A stretch of 64,000 nucleotides of DNA from an uncultured Bacilli bacterium (GTDB lineage: Bacteria; Bacillota_I; Bacilli_A; RF39; UBA660). The DNA lies in NCBI GenBank assembly GCA_910577505.1, contig CAJTLN010000002.1:114740-178739 (forward strand), in the 5' to 3' direction. The translations under genes were made by a program, and so were the position numbers. This document shows positions 47,520 through 55,776 of this stretch, one piece after another (position 1 is the first letter of the stretch; every line of letters starts with the position of its first letter). A model generated the notes under the pieces. That model saw only the letters and a program-made list of their open reading frames with translations, did no database searches and had not been told where the DNA came from.

Positions 47520-50500
47520 ATGAAGAGAAAAAGTCGTATAAAGATAAATAAACTTAAGCTGGTTATGATAATCCTTGTTTTTTCTATGACTATTGGTTTT
47601 GCAGCTTTAAATACTGAATTAAATTTCTTTGGAGTAAGTACAATAGCTTTTGGTGAAAATGATTTTAGAGTTTATATTAGTAGAGCTTTTATAAATGATG
47701 TTGGTAAATCAAATGTTATAAACGAAAATAAAGATGCTTTTACTTTTACTTATTCTGATATTAATCGTAAGGATGCTGACTTAAAATATACAGTAAAAAA
47801 TACTTCAAATTCATATTATGCAGATGTTGAAGTAAGTTGTAAATCTCGTAAAAATGATGGAACTTCGTTTATTTATAATGAAGAAAATTATGAAAGTCAT
47901 AAGTTTCGTATTGAGCCAGGAAAGTCTTTAACTAAGGATATTAAGTTATTGCTTCCTAATACAAATTTAAATTTAATAAGTGAGAATTCTGATATTTTAT
48001 TGGTAGATCATATAAAAGGTATATCAAAAGGTAGTGATAGTAATATTAATTTTAATACATCAAATGGCACAGGTGTATATGAAAGTACAAGTACAAATTC
48101 TGGTAATAAGGTATATTATTATCGTGGAGCTACTGCTAATAATGATGTTATATTTGCAGATAAATGTTGGAAGATTTTAAGAACTTCTGAAAATGGTGGA
48201 ATAAAGTTAGTTTATAATGGTAATTCAATTGGTGGCACTTGTACGGAATTTTCTTCATCGTTAGGAATTTTATCTGATGAGGAAGTTATACAAATTGATA
48301 GTTCTCAGAATTTTAATAATAATGCATATGCAGGATATATGTATGGTGGTTTAAATTCGTCTGATTATTTGGGAACTCATAGTAATATAAATGATTCTTA
48401 TTTTAAACAAAAATTGGACGATTGGTATGAGAGATTTATTTTAAACACTGAATATGAAAAATATGTAATTGATGATTCTTTTTATAATGATAGAACTATA
48501 TTAAGAGATTATTCTAAAGTTACTAGTACTGATACTTTTGAAGGTTTAGGTTATGGTACTCATACTACTTTGTATGAAAGTGCTGGAAGATCTAGTTCAT
48601 TAGCAAAAACATTGTCACCTACTTATAAAGTTAATAATACAAATGATAGTTTTTCTGTTTCTAGTACTAATGGTAATGGTAAATTAAATTATCCTATAGG
48701 AATGTTGACAGCAGATGAATTAGTATATGCGGGAGTAACTAATGATGCTTCTAATAAGTCATGGTTAGAGGCATATAAAAGATTTATTTTAACAATTTCT
48801 CCTGTTGGATATTATAATAATTCAATGAATTTTAATGCATTAAGTGGTAGAGTTTTAAAGGCTTATCCTTCTGATTTTAAAGACGAAAGTGTTTATGTTT
48901 TACCAGTTTTAACTATAAGTTCAGATTTACATATTGTTAGTGGAGATGGAACGTCATCTAGTCCTTTTGTGTTATCTTCTGAAGATACATACGAGAATAG
49001 TTACACTTGTTCTCTTAATGTTAATAAAGTAGGTTATAGTGAAGATATAGAACCAAGAAATCCTTTACTTGATTTAGAGGTTGGGGAAGAGTATTGTTTT
49101 GATGAAGAATGTTTTTATACGATTAGCAATGACAATAAAGGAACTATAAAAATGATTGCTAAGTATAATTTATATGTTGGAAATAATTATGCTGATTATT
49201 CTAATTCTACAACTATTTCTAAAACAGATGCTTTATATGGAAAACAACATTATACAGCTGTAGGTACGCCAACATCAGGTGCGTATCCTCATATTGCAAC
49301 TGTTCCTTATAGTAAAAATACTACTGATAATACTTATGTTAATAGTGTTGTAAAAAATTATGTTGATGAATATGGGAAATATTTACAAGATCTTACAGGA
49401 ATTAATTTAAAGGCTGAACTTATTACTAGAGATGAATTAGTTGATTTGGGATGTGTTGTTATATCGAAGACAGACGGAAATTGTAATAATCCTAAGTTTG
49501 ATTGGGTAACTAGTACTACTTATTGGACTATGACTCCTGAGAATGGAACAGTTTATTTAGTTGGAAGTGATGGTTATTTTAAGGCTCCAACTACGCAATC
49601 GAACCTGGCAGCAAGTATGTTTAGAGGAGTACGACCTGTAATAACTATTTCTTTACCATCTAAGAATCCAGATGTAACTTTTGTTACAGGTAATGGTGAA
49701 ACACCTGGAGATGAATTATGTATAGGTAATGAATGTTTCTACGTTTTAAAATATGATGAGACTAATTATACTTTGTTTTCTAAATATAATTTATATGTTG
49801 GAAATAAATTTGATACCGGAAGTAGAACAACAATTAGTACGACTGATCCAAGTTATGGCAAGCAGAATTCTTTGGCTCTAGGAGATAAAGGATCACCAAT
49901 ATATGGAACGTTAAATTATGCAGATTCACTTAAAGCAATAAGTAATTATGTAGATTATTTGAATAATACGTATGGTTTGCACGCGACTGGAAGAGGCATT
50001 TCTCTTGAGGAATTGGAAAATCCAATTGGATGTCGAGATTTAACTGGTTCTGGTATTAATCATGGTTGTAGTAAAGAGAAAAATCCGCTTGTTAAATATG
50101 AATGGGTAACTAATACAACTTATTGGACAGGTGCTCTGAGTGGAGATAACGTTTATATAGTAGGAGGAGATGGCTTTTTTAAAGCTGTTGCTAAGACAAA
50201 TACGGATAATCGAGGAGCTCGACCTGTTATTATTGTTCCTGCATCTGAAATAAAAAGTCCTGATTATGTTGTAGATGATAAAAATAAATATCCAGAGTCT
50301 TGGAATGATAATGGTATCTTTTCTGAATATTACGACCAAGCATACGAAAAGTTAAAGACAATGACGACAGAAGAAAAGATTGGTCAGTTGTTGGTTGTTT
50401 CTTATTCTAATGGTAAGCCTAGTGATACTGAAAAAGCCATACAGAGTTACCATGTTGGAGGAGTTTTATTTTTTGCTGATGCTTTTGAAGACAAGAGTGA

Positions 50501-51413
50501 AGCGCAAGTTATATCTATGACATCTAATTTGCAGTCTAAATCTAAAATACCTTTAATGATGCAAGTTGATGAAGAAGGTGGAATTGTAACTCGAGTGGCT
50601 AGAAATACTAATTTAGTTAGTAATGAACTGCAAGCTTATCCAAATTTATTTAAAACATATACAAGAACAATTAGTGGAGTAACGTCTACATTTAATGGAT
50701 TTAAGTCTCCTAGTGATTTATATAATGATAGTGGTCATAATTTTGAACTAGTTAAGCAAGAGACTAAAGTTAAAAATTCAGTTTTAAGAAGACTTGGATT
50801 AAATATAAACCTTGCTCCAGTTTCTGATATAGCTGCTTCATCTTCTTATATTTATCCTAGAACTTTAGGAAAAGATGCATTCACAACTGGCGAATTTGTA
50901 AAGACAGTAGTAGAAACCAGCAAAAATAGTGGAGTTAGTCATTCATTAAAGCACTTTCCTGGTTATGGAAATAATTCAGATACTCATACTTCTTCATCAG
51001 TAGATGAAACTAGTTTGGAAGAATTAAAAAATAAGCACTTAGTACCATTTGTGTCTGGTATAAATGCTGGTGTTGAGTCTGTATTAATATCTCATAATAT
51101 TATTTCAGCTTTAGATAAAGATAATCCAGCTTCATTATCGTATGCAGTTCATTCGTTATTGTTTGATGATTTAGGTTTTACTGGTCTAGCAATAACAGAT
51201 GATTTATCTATGAATGCTAGTAGTGGTATTAGTAATACATATATAAAGGCATATACAGCTGGGAATCATATTTTGCTTACATCTGATAAATATGCTACTG
51301 CATATAGTGAAATATTAGAAGGTGTTCAATCTGGAAATATTTCTCTTTCGGATTTAAATCAAAGAGTTTTTAAAGTATTGGCTTGGAAATATTATGCAGG
51401 AATATTATCATAG
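47520..51413 (+). CDS. 1297-aa secreted multi-module protein: TasA-like signal/N-domain, repeated ~200-aa modules, C-terminal GH3 beta-N-acetylhexosaminidase (NagZ-like) domain
   Basis: RBS aaggagat. N-terminal MKRKSRIKINKLKLVMIILVFSMTIGFAALNTELNFFG resembles that of 44407. Two modules carry ECFY..., KYNLYVGN..., SYGKQ, W.T.TTYWT, G.DG(Y/F)FKA, (V/A)RPVI (approx. 49080-49670 and 49700-50250). The C-terminus (approx. 50330-51413) has KIGQLLVV, QVDEEGGIVTR, KHFPGYG and GFTGLAITDDLSM, which are GH3/NagZ motifs. Confidence 0.7.
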   Translation: MKRKSRIKINKLKLVMIILVFSMTIGFAALNTELNFFGVSTIAFGENDFRVYISRAFINDVGKSNVINENKDAFTFTYSDINRKDADLKYTVKNTSNSYYADVEVSCKSRKNDGTSFIYNEENYESHKFRIEPGKSLTKDIKLLLPNTNLNLISENSDILLVDHIKGISKGSDSNINFNTSNGTGVYESTSTNSGNKVYYYRGATANNDVIFADKCWKILRTSENGGIKLVYNGNSIGGTCTEFSSSLGILSDEEVIQIDSSQNFNNNAYAGYMYGGLNSSDYLGTHSNINDSYFKQKLDDWYERFILNTEYEKYVIDDSFYNDRTILRDYSKVTSTDTFEGLGYGTHTTLYESAGRSSSLAKTLSPTYKVNNTNDSFSVSSTNGNGKLNYPIGMLTADELVYAGVTNDASNKSWLEAYKRFILTISPVGYYNNSMNFNALSGRVLKAYPSDFKDESVYVLPVLTISSDLHIVSGDGTSSSPFVLSSEDTYENSYTCSLNVNKVGYSEDIEPRNPLLDLEVGEEYCFDEECFYTISNDNKGTIKMIAKYNLYVGNNYADYSNSTTISKTDALYGKQHYTAVGTPTSGAYPHIATVPYSKNTTDNTYVNSVVKNYVDEYGKYLQDLTGINLKAELITRDELVDLGCVVISKTDGNCNNPKFDWVTSTTYWTMTPENGTVYLVGSDGYFKAPTTQSNLAASMFRGVRPVITISLPSKNPDVTFVTGNGETPGDELCIGNECFYVLKYDETNYTLFSKYNLYVGNKFDTGSRTTISTTDPSYGKQNSLALGDKGSPIYGTLNYADSLKAISNYVDYLNNTYGLHATGRGISLEELENPIGCRDLTGSGINHGCSKEKNPLVKYEWVTNTTYWTGALSGDNVYIVGGDGFFKAVAKTNTDNRGARPVIIVPASEIKSPDYVVDDKNKYPESWNDNGIFSEYYDQAYEKLKTMTTEEKIGQLLVVSYSNGKPSDTEKAIQSYHVGGVLFFADAFEDKSEAQVISMTSNLQSKSKIPLMMQVDEEGGIVTRVARNTNLVSNELQAYPNLFKTYTRTISGVTSTFNGFKSPSDLYNDSGHNFELVKQETKVKNSVLRRLGLNINLAPVSDIAASSSYIYPRTLGKDAFTTGEFVKTVVETSKNSGVSHSLKHFPGYGNNSDTHTSSSVDETSLEELKNKHLVPFVSGINAGVESVLISHNIISALDKDNPASLSYAVHSLLFDDLGFTGLAITDDLSMNASSGISNTYIKAYTAGNHILLTSDKYATAYSEILEGVQSGNISLSDLNQRVFKVLAWKYYAGILS

Positions 51414-51427
51414 ATAATTAAATTAAT

Positions 51428-51467
51428 CTCAGTAAATGAAAATACTGAGATTTTTTATTAATGTTAT
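51428..51467 (+). terminator. rho-independent terminator
   Basis: atctcagta-aatgaaaa-tactgagat hairpin followed by T6. Confidence 0.65.
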
Positions 51468-51538
51468 AAATAGAGAAAAATTTTACTAAATATGGGAAAA
51501 ATGATATTATAAGGCCGTTATTTTGGGGGGATTCTAAT

Positions 51539-52009
51539 ATGCAAAATATAATATTGTTGATAAAGTATCCGTTTATAACAATTGCAGGTATAGTAGTGTT
51601 TATAGGAGCAATAATAAATGGAACAATAGATATAAATATTTCTTGTAATAAGTTTGATGTTGGATTATCTAATGTTAAAATAGATGGTGAAGCTAAAAAC
51701 GTGTCTATTAATAAACGTAATATTAATTTTGTAACAGGAGATTTAAAAAATGTTGGAGATGTATCTATTTTAGAATATGATTTAACTAATAAGAGCAAAT
51801 TATATAATGCTAATATTTCAATGAAATGCTATAAAGAAGGAAATAAAAGTGATTATTTTAGTGTTGAAGATATAACTCCTCAAATTCTTAAAGCTGGTGA
51901 AACTAAAAAAGGTTATATAAAAGTGAGTCTTTTAAAGGAATCATTAACAGATAGTAATGAAAATTTTTATTGTACAATGGATGTTAAAGCAGAGAAAAAT
52001 AATAAGTAA
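51539..52009 (+). CDS. small TasA-like paralog (N-terminal hydrophobic segment + beta-rich domain)
   Basis: RBS ggggggat. MQNIILLIKYPFITIAGIVVFIGAIINGT, then FVTGDLKNVGDVSILEYDLTNKSKLYNANISMKCYKEG, which is homologous to the FVTPEFNTVGETATVTYYVENVG...ITCKA block of 44407. Confidence 0.5.
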   Translation: MQNIILLIKYPFITIAGIVVFIGAIINGTIDINISCNKFDVGLSNVKIDGEAKNVSINKRNINFVTGDLKNVGDVSILEYDLTNKSKLYNANISMKCYKEGNKSDYFSVEDITPQILKAGETKKGYIKVSLLKESLTDSNENFYCTMDVKAEKNNK

Positions 52010-52053
52010 ACGTAAGAAAAAGTCTATACAAGAGTGTGTAGATTTTTTTGTAA

Positions 52054-52081
52054 TTAGCAGTTGACCATTGACATCTGCTAA
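52054..52081. promoter_or_regulatory. CIRCE-like operator 1 (imperfect, 10-nt spacer), overlapping the hrcA promoter
   Basis: TTAGCAGTT-gaccattgac-ATCTGCTAA compared with consensus TTAGCACTC-N9-GAGTGCTAA. The 7-bp arms TTAGCAG/CTGCTAA are perfect inverted repeats. Confidence 0.5.
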
Positions 52082-52096
52082 TAAAATGTTTATAAT
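52068..52096 (+). promoter_or_regulatory. consensus sigma-A promoter for the hrcA-grpE-dnaK operon (TTGACA-17-TATAAT)
   Basis: ttgaca at 52068-73 and tataat at 52091-96 with 17-nt spacing. Embedded between/within the two CIRCE elements. Confidence 0.65.
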
Positions 52097-52100
52097 TAAT

Positions 52101-52127
52101 TTGGCACTTAAGAAAGAATAGTGCTAA
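52101..52127. promoter_or_regulatory. CIRCE operator 2 (HrcA binding site)
   Basis: TTGGCACTT-aagaaagaa-TAGTGCTAA is a 9-N9-9 inverted repeat that matches the CIRCE consensus at 15 of 18 arm positions. Located just downstream of the -10. Confidence 0.8.
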
Positions 52128-52141
52128 TGGTGGTGACTTTT

Positions 52142-53140
52142 ATGGATGAAAGACAAAAAGAACTACTTAAAGAAATAGTAGAGTCTTATATTAAAAGTGT
52201 TAAACCTGTTGGTAGCCAAGCATTGTGTAAGAAGTTTAAATTATCTTCTGCAACAATTAGAAATGAAATGGCTACTTTAGAAAAATTGGGATATATTGAA
52301 AAAAATCATGTATCTAGTGGTAGAGTTCCTAGTGAACGAGGATACAAATATTATGTAGAACATTTAATGCAACCTAAAGAATTAAATGGAGAAGAAATGT
52401 TAAAGCTACAAACGATATGTCATAATCAACAGTTACAGGTAAGTGACGCAATTGCAAAATGTATGGAAATTATTGCTGATATAACTAATTATACTAGTGT
52501 TGTATTGGGCAAAAATTCAAATGATAATAATTTGCAACAAGTTAATATGATTCCACTTGATAATAATCAAGTAATTGCTCTGGTTTGTACTAACAAAGGT
52601 ATTGTAGAAAATAAAAAGTTTAGGATACCAGAAAATATATTTATGGAAGAACTAGTTAAGACTTGTGAAATCATTAATAAGATGTTAGTTGGAACGCCAA
52701 TTGATGAAGTAAGTCAAAGATTAGAATATGATATTAAGCCTATTATAAGTAAAACTATTAATCAATATGAAAAAGTTTATGAAATATTCTATGATGCATT
52801 TAATGATTTTACCAAAAATAGTGCCAATGTATATTTTAGTGGTAAGACTAATATTTTAAAACAACCTGAATATGATAATATTGAAGAAATTAAAAGGATT
52901 GTTAATAAATTCGAAGACGAATCTTTGGTTAGAAAAATCGAATGTAAGAGTGAAGGAATTAATGTTTATATTGGAGAAGAGTCAGAATTTGATCCAAATG
53001 TCACAATAATTAAAAGTAAGTATAACATTAATGGAGAGGAAGGCACTATTGCTATAGTTGGTCCTAAAAGGATGGAATATGATAAAGTAATAGGATTACT
53101 TGAATACATTAATGAAGAATTTAAAAGTAAAGATGAATAA
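52142..53140 (+). CDS. hrcA: heat-inducible transcription repressor HrcA
   Basis: MDERQKELLKEIVESYIKSVKPVGSQAL.KK...SSATIRNEMATLEKLGYIEK.HVSSGRVPS is collinear with B. subtilis HrcA. ATG 52142 preferred over the tracked upstream GTG. Confidence 0.88.
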   Translation: MDERQKELLKEIVESYIKSVKPVGSQALCKKFKLSSATIRNEMATLEKLGYIEKNHVSSGRVPSERGYKYYVEHLMQPKELNGEEMLKLQTICHNQQLQVSDAIAKCMEIIADITNYTSVVLGKNSNDNNLQQVNMIPLDNNQVIALVCTNKGIVENKKFRIPENIFMEELVKTCEIINKMLVGTPIDEVSQRLEYDIKPIISKTINQYEKVYEIFYDAFNDFTKNSANVYFSGKTNILKQPEYDNIEEIKRIVNKFEDESLVRKIECKSEGINVYIGEESEFDPNVTIIKSKYNINGEEGTIAIVGPKRMEYDKVIGLLEYINEEFKSKDE

Positions 53141-53199
53141 TTTATGTGAGTAATTTTGGACTTACTATAAATTTTACTTGTAGAAGAGGAGACTAAAAA

Positions 53200-53823
53200 A
53201 TGGAAGAAAATAAAAATACTCCAGTTCAAGAAGAAACAAAAGTAGTAGAGGAAGTAGAAAAAGCTGTGAAAGAGGAAGTAGCAGAAGAAACAAATAATAC
53301 TACTGAAGTTAGTAATGAAGAAACTCCTAAGAAAGAAGAAAAGAAAAGCTTTTTTAAGAAAAAAGACGATACAGAATTAAAGAAACTTAAAGAAGAAAAT
53401 GAGATATTAAAAGATAAATTCTTAAGAGTTAATGCTGAAATGCAAAATATGAGAAGAAGAATGGAAGAAGAAAAATCTAATCTTCTTAAATATGAAGGGG
53501 AAGAATTGATTAAAAGATTACTTCCAATCGTAGATAATTTTGAAAGAGCTATAGGAATGGATGATACTAATTTAGAAGATGAAGTAAGTAAGTTCTTAAG
53601 TGGATTTAAAATGATCTATGGAAATTTAAATAGTACATTACAAGGATATGAAATTATTGCAATGGACTCATTAAATAAGCCTTTTGATCCTAATACTATG
53701 GAAGCGGTTTTAGCTGAACCAGTTGAAGGAATGGAACCTAATATTGTAGTAGATGTTTTACAAAAAGGTTATACTTATAAAGGTAAAGTTATTAGACATG
53801 CTATGGTAAAGGTTAGCAAATAA
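53200..53823 (+). CDS. grpE: nucleotide exchange factor GrpE
   Basis: RBS agaggag. Acidic N-terminal region, coiled-coil LRVNAEMQNMRRR and C-terminal beta domain (LLPIVDNFERA). Confidence 0.9.
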   Translation: MEENKNTPVQEETKVVEEVEKAVKEEVAEETNNTTEVSNEETPKKEEKKSFFKKKDDTELKKLKEENEILKDKFLRVNAEMQNMRRRMEEEKSNLLKYEGEELIKRLLPIVDNFERAIGMDDTNLEDEVSKFLSGFKMIYGNLNSTLQGYEIIAMDSLNKPFDPNTMEAVLAEPVEGMEPNIVVDVLQKGYTYKGKVIRHAMVKVSK

Positions 53824-53886
53824 TAACAAAATAAACATAAATTTAATTATACAAATTATACAAAAATATAGAAAAGAGAGATAATT

Positions 53887-55713
53887 ATGGGAAAAATTAT
53901 TGGTATAGATTTAGGTACAACAAACTCATGTGTTGCAGTACTTGAAGGTGGAGAACCACACGTTATAACTAATCCAGAAGGAAATAGAACAACTCCTTCA
54001 GTAGTTGCTTTTAAAGGTGATGAAGAATTAGTTGGTGAAACTGCTAAAAGACAAGCCGTTACAAATGTAGATAATACAATTGCTTCAATTAAAAGAAAAA
54101 TAGGTACTAAAGAAAAAGTTAGTGCTAATGGTAAGAAATATACTCCAGAAGAAATAAGTGCAAAGATTTTAATGAAATTAAAGAGCGATGCAGAAGCTTA
54201 TTTAGGAGAAAAAGTTACAGAAGCAGTTATTACTGTTCCTGCATACTTTAATGACGCTCAAAGACAAGCTACTAAGAACGCTGGTAAGATTGCTGGTTTA
54301 GATGTTAAACGTATTATTAATGAACCAACAGCCGCAGCTTTAGCTTATGGTATTGATAAACAAGAAAATGCTCATACAGTATTAGTTTATGACTTAGGTG
54401 GAGGAACATTCGATGTTTCAATTCTAGACTTAGGTGATGGTGTATTTGAAGTTAAATCAACATCAGGAAATAATAAACTTGGTGGAGATGATTTTGACCA
54501 AAGAATTATGGATTATTTAGTAGCAGAATTTAAGAAAGAAAATGGTGTTGATTTATCAAATGATAAAATGGCAATGCAACGTATTAAGGATGCTGCTGAA
54601 AAAGCTAAAAAAGATTTATCTGGTATGACTTCAACACAAATTAATATTCCATTTATTACTCAAAATGAAAATGGACCATTACATTTAGATGTAACATTAT
54701 CAAGAGCTAAATTTGAAGAAATCAATATGGATTTATTTGAAAGTACTTTAGATCCAGTTAGAAAAGCACTTAAAGATGCTAAGTTAACTGCTAAAGATAT
54801 TGATAAGGTATTATTAGTTGGTGGATCAACTCGTATTCCATATATTCAAGATTTAGTTAAGAAAGAATTAGGACAAGATCCTAGTAAAGGAGTTAACCCT
54901 GATGAATGTGTTGCAATTGGTGCATCTATTCAAGGTGGTGTTTTAACTGGTGAAGTTAATGACTTAATCTTATTAGATGTAACTCCATTATCACTTGGTA
55001 TTGAAACTTTAGGAAATGTTATGACAGTATTAATTCCTAGAAATACAACAATACCAGCAAGTAAGAGTCAAGTATTTAGTACTGCTGCAGATAATCAACC
55101 TGCTGTAGATATTCATATCTTACAAGGTGAAAGACCAATGGTACAAGATAATAAGACTCTAGGAAGATTCCAATTAGGAAATATTCCTCCAGCACCTAGA
55201 GGAGTTCCACAAATCGAAGTTAAATTTGATATTGATGCTAATGGTATCGTTAATGTATCTGCTAAAGATTTAGGAACTGGTAAAGAACAAAGTATTACAA
55301 TTACTTCAAATACTAACTTAACTGATGAAGAAATTGATAAGATGATGAAAGAAGCAGAAGCTAATAAAGAACAGGACGAAAAACGTAAAGAAGAAGCAGA
55401 AGTAAGAAATGAAGCTGATTCATTAATCTTCCAAACTGAAAAGGCAATTAAAGATTTAGGAGATAAAGTTGATTCTGCAGATAAAGAAAAAGCTGAAGAT
55501 AAAATGAAAGAATTAAAAGATGCTTTAGCTGGTGATGATTTAGATGCTATAAAAAAAGCAAAAGATGAATTACAAGAATCTGCTATGGCATTAGCTACAA
55601 AAGTTTATGAAGAAGCTGCAAAAGCAAATCAAGCTAATGCTGGCGAAGCTACTGAATCATCTGATGATGATAAACATGATAATGTACAAGAAGCTAGTTA
55701 CGAAGAAAAATAA
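53887..55713 (+). CDS. dnaK: molecular chaperone DnaK (Hsp70)
   Basis: [18 protein letters not shown]...[10 protein letters not shown]...[11 protein letters not shown]... is unmistakable Hsp70. Confidence 0.97.
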   Translation: MGKIIGIDLGTTNSCVAVLEGGEPHVITNPEGNRTTPSVVAFKGDEELVGETAKRQAVTNVDNTIASIKRKIGTKEKVSANGKKYTPEEISAKILMKLKSDAEAYLGEKVTEAVITVPAYFNDAQRQATKNAGKIAGLDVKRIINEPTAAALAYGIDKQENAHTVLVYDLGGGTFDVSILDLGDGVFEVKSTSGNNKLGGDDFDQRIMDYLVAEFKKENGVDLSNDKMAMQRIKDAAEKAKKDLSGMTSTQINIPFITQNENGPLHLDVTLSRAKFEEINMDLFESTLDPVRKALKDAKLTAKDIDKVLLVGGSTRIPYIQDLVKKELGQDPSKGVNPDECVAIGASIQGGVLTGEVNDLILLDVTPLSLGIETLGNVMTVLIPRNTTIPASKSQVFSTAADNQPAVDIHILQGERPMVQDNKTLGRFQLGNIPPAPRGVPQIEVKFDIDANGIVNVSAKDLGTGKEQSITITSNTNLTDEEIDKMMKEAEANKEQDEKRKEEAEVRNEADSLIFQTEKAIKDLGDKVDSADKEKAEDKMKELKDALAGDDLDAIKKAKDELQESAMALATKVYEEAAKANQANAGEATESSDDDKHDNVQEASYEEK

Positions 55714-55776
55714 TTAAAATTAAGGTAAAAAGTTCTAGGTGACTAGAACTTTTAGCCGATATATGGAGGAAAACTT

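Noticed and set aside
50040-50339. 99-aa minus-strand ORF
   Set aside because: Inside the 1297-aa gene.
51418-51798. 126-aa ORF on the minus strand
   Set aside because: It reads through the strong terminator hairpin after the 1297-aa gene and overlaps the well-supported + strand gene 51539..52009. It has no RBS, and its high Leu/Ile/Phe content is typical of antisense frames in AT-rich DNA.
52966-53229. 87-aa minus-strand ORF
   Set aside because: Antisense to the hrcA 3' end and the grpE 5' region.
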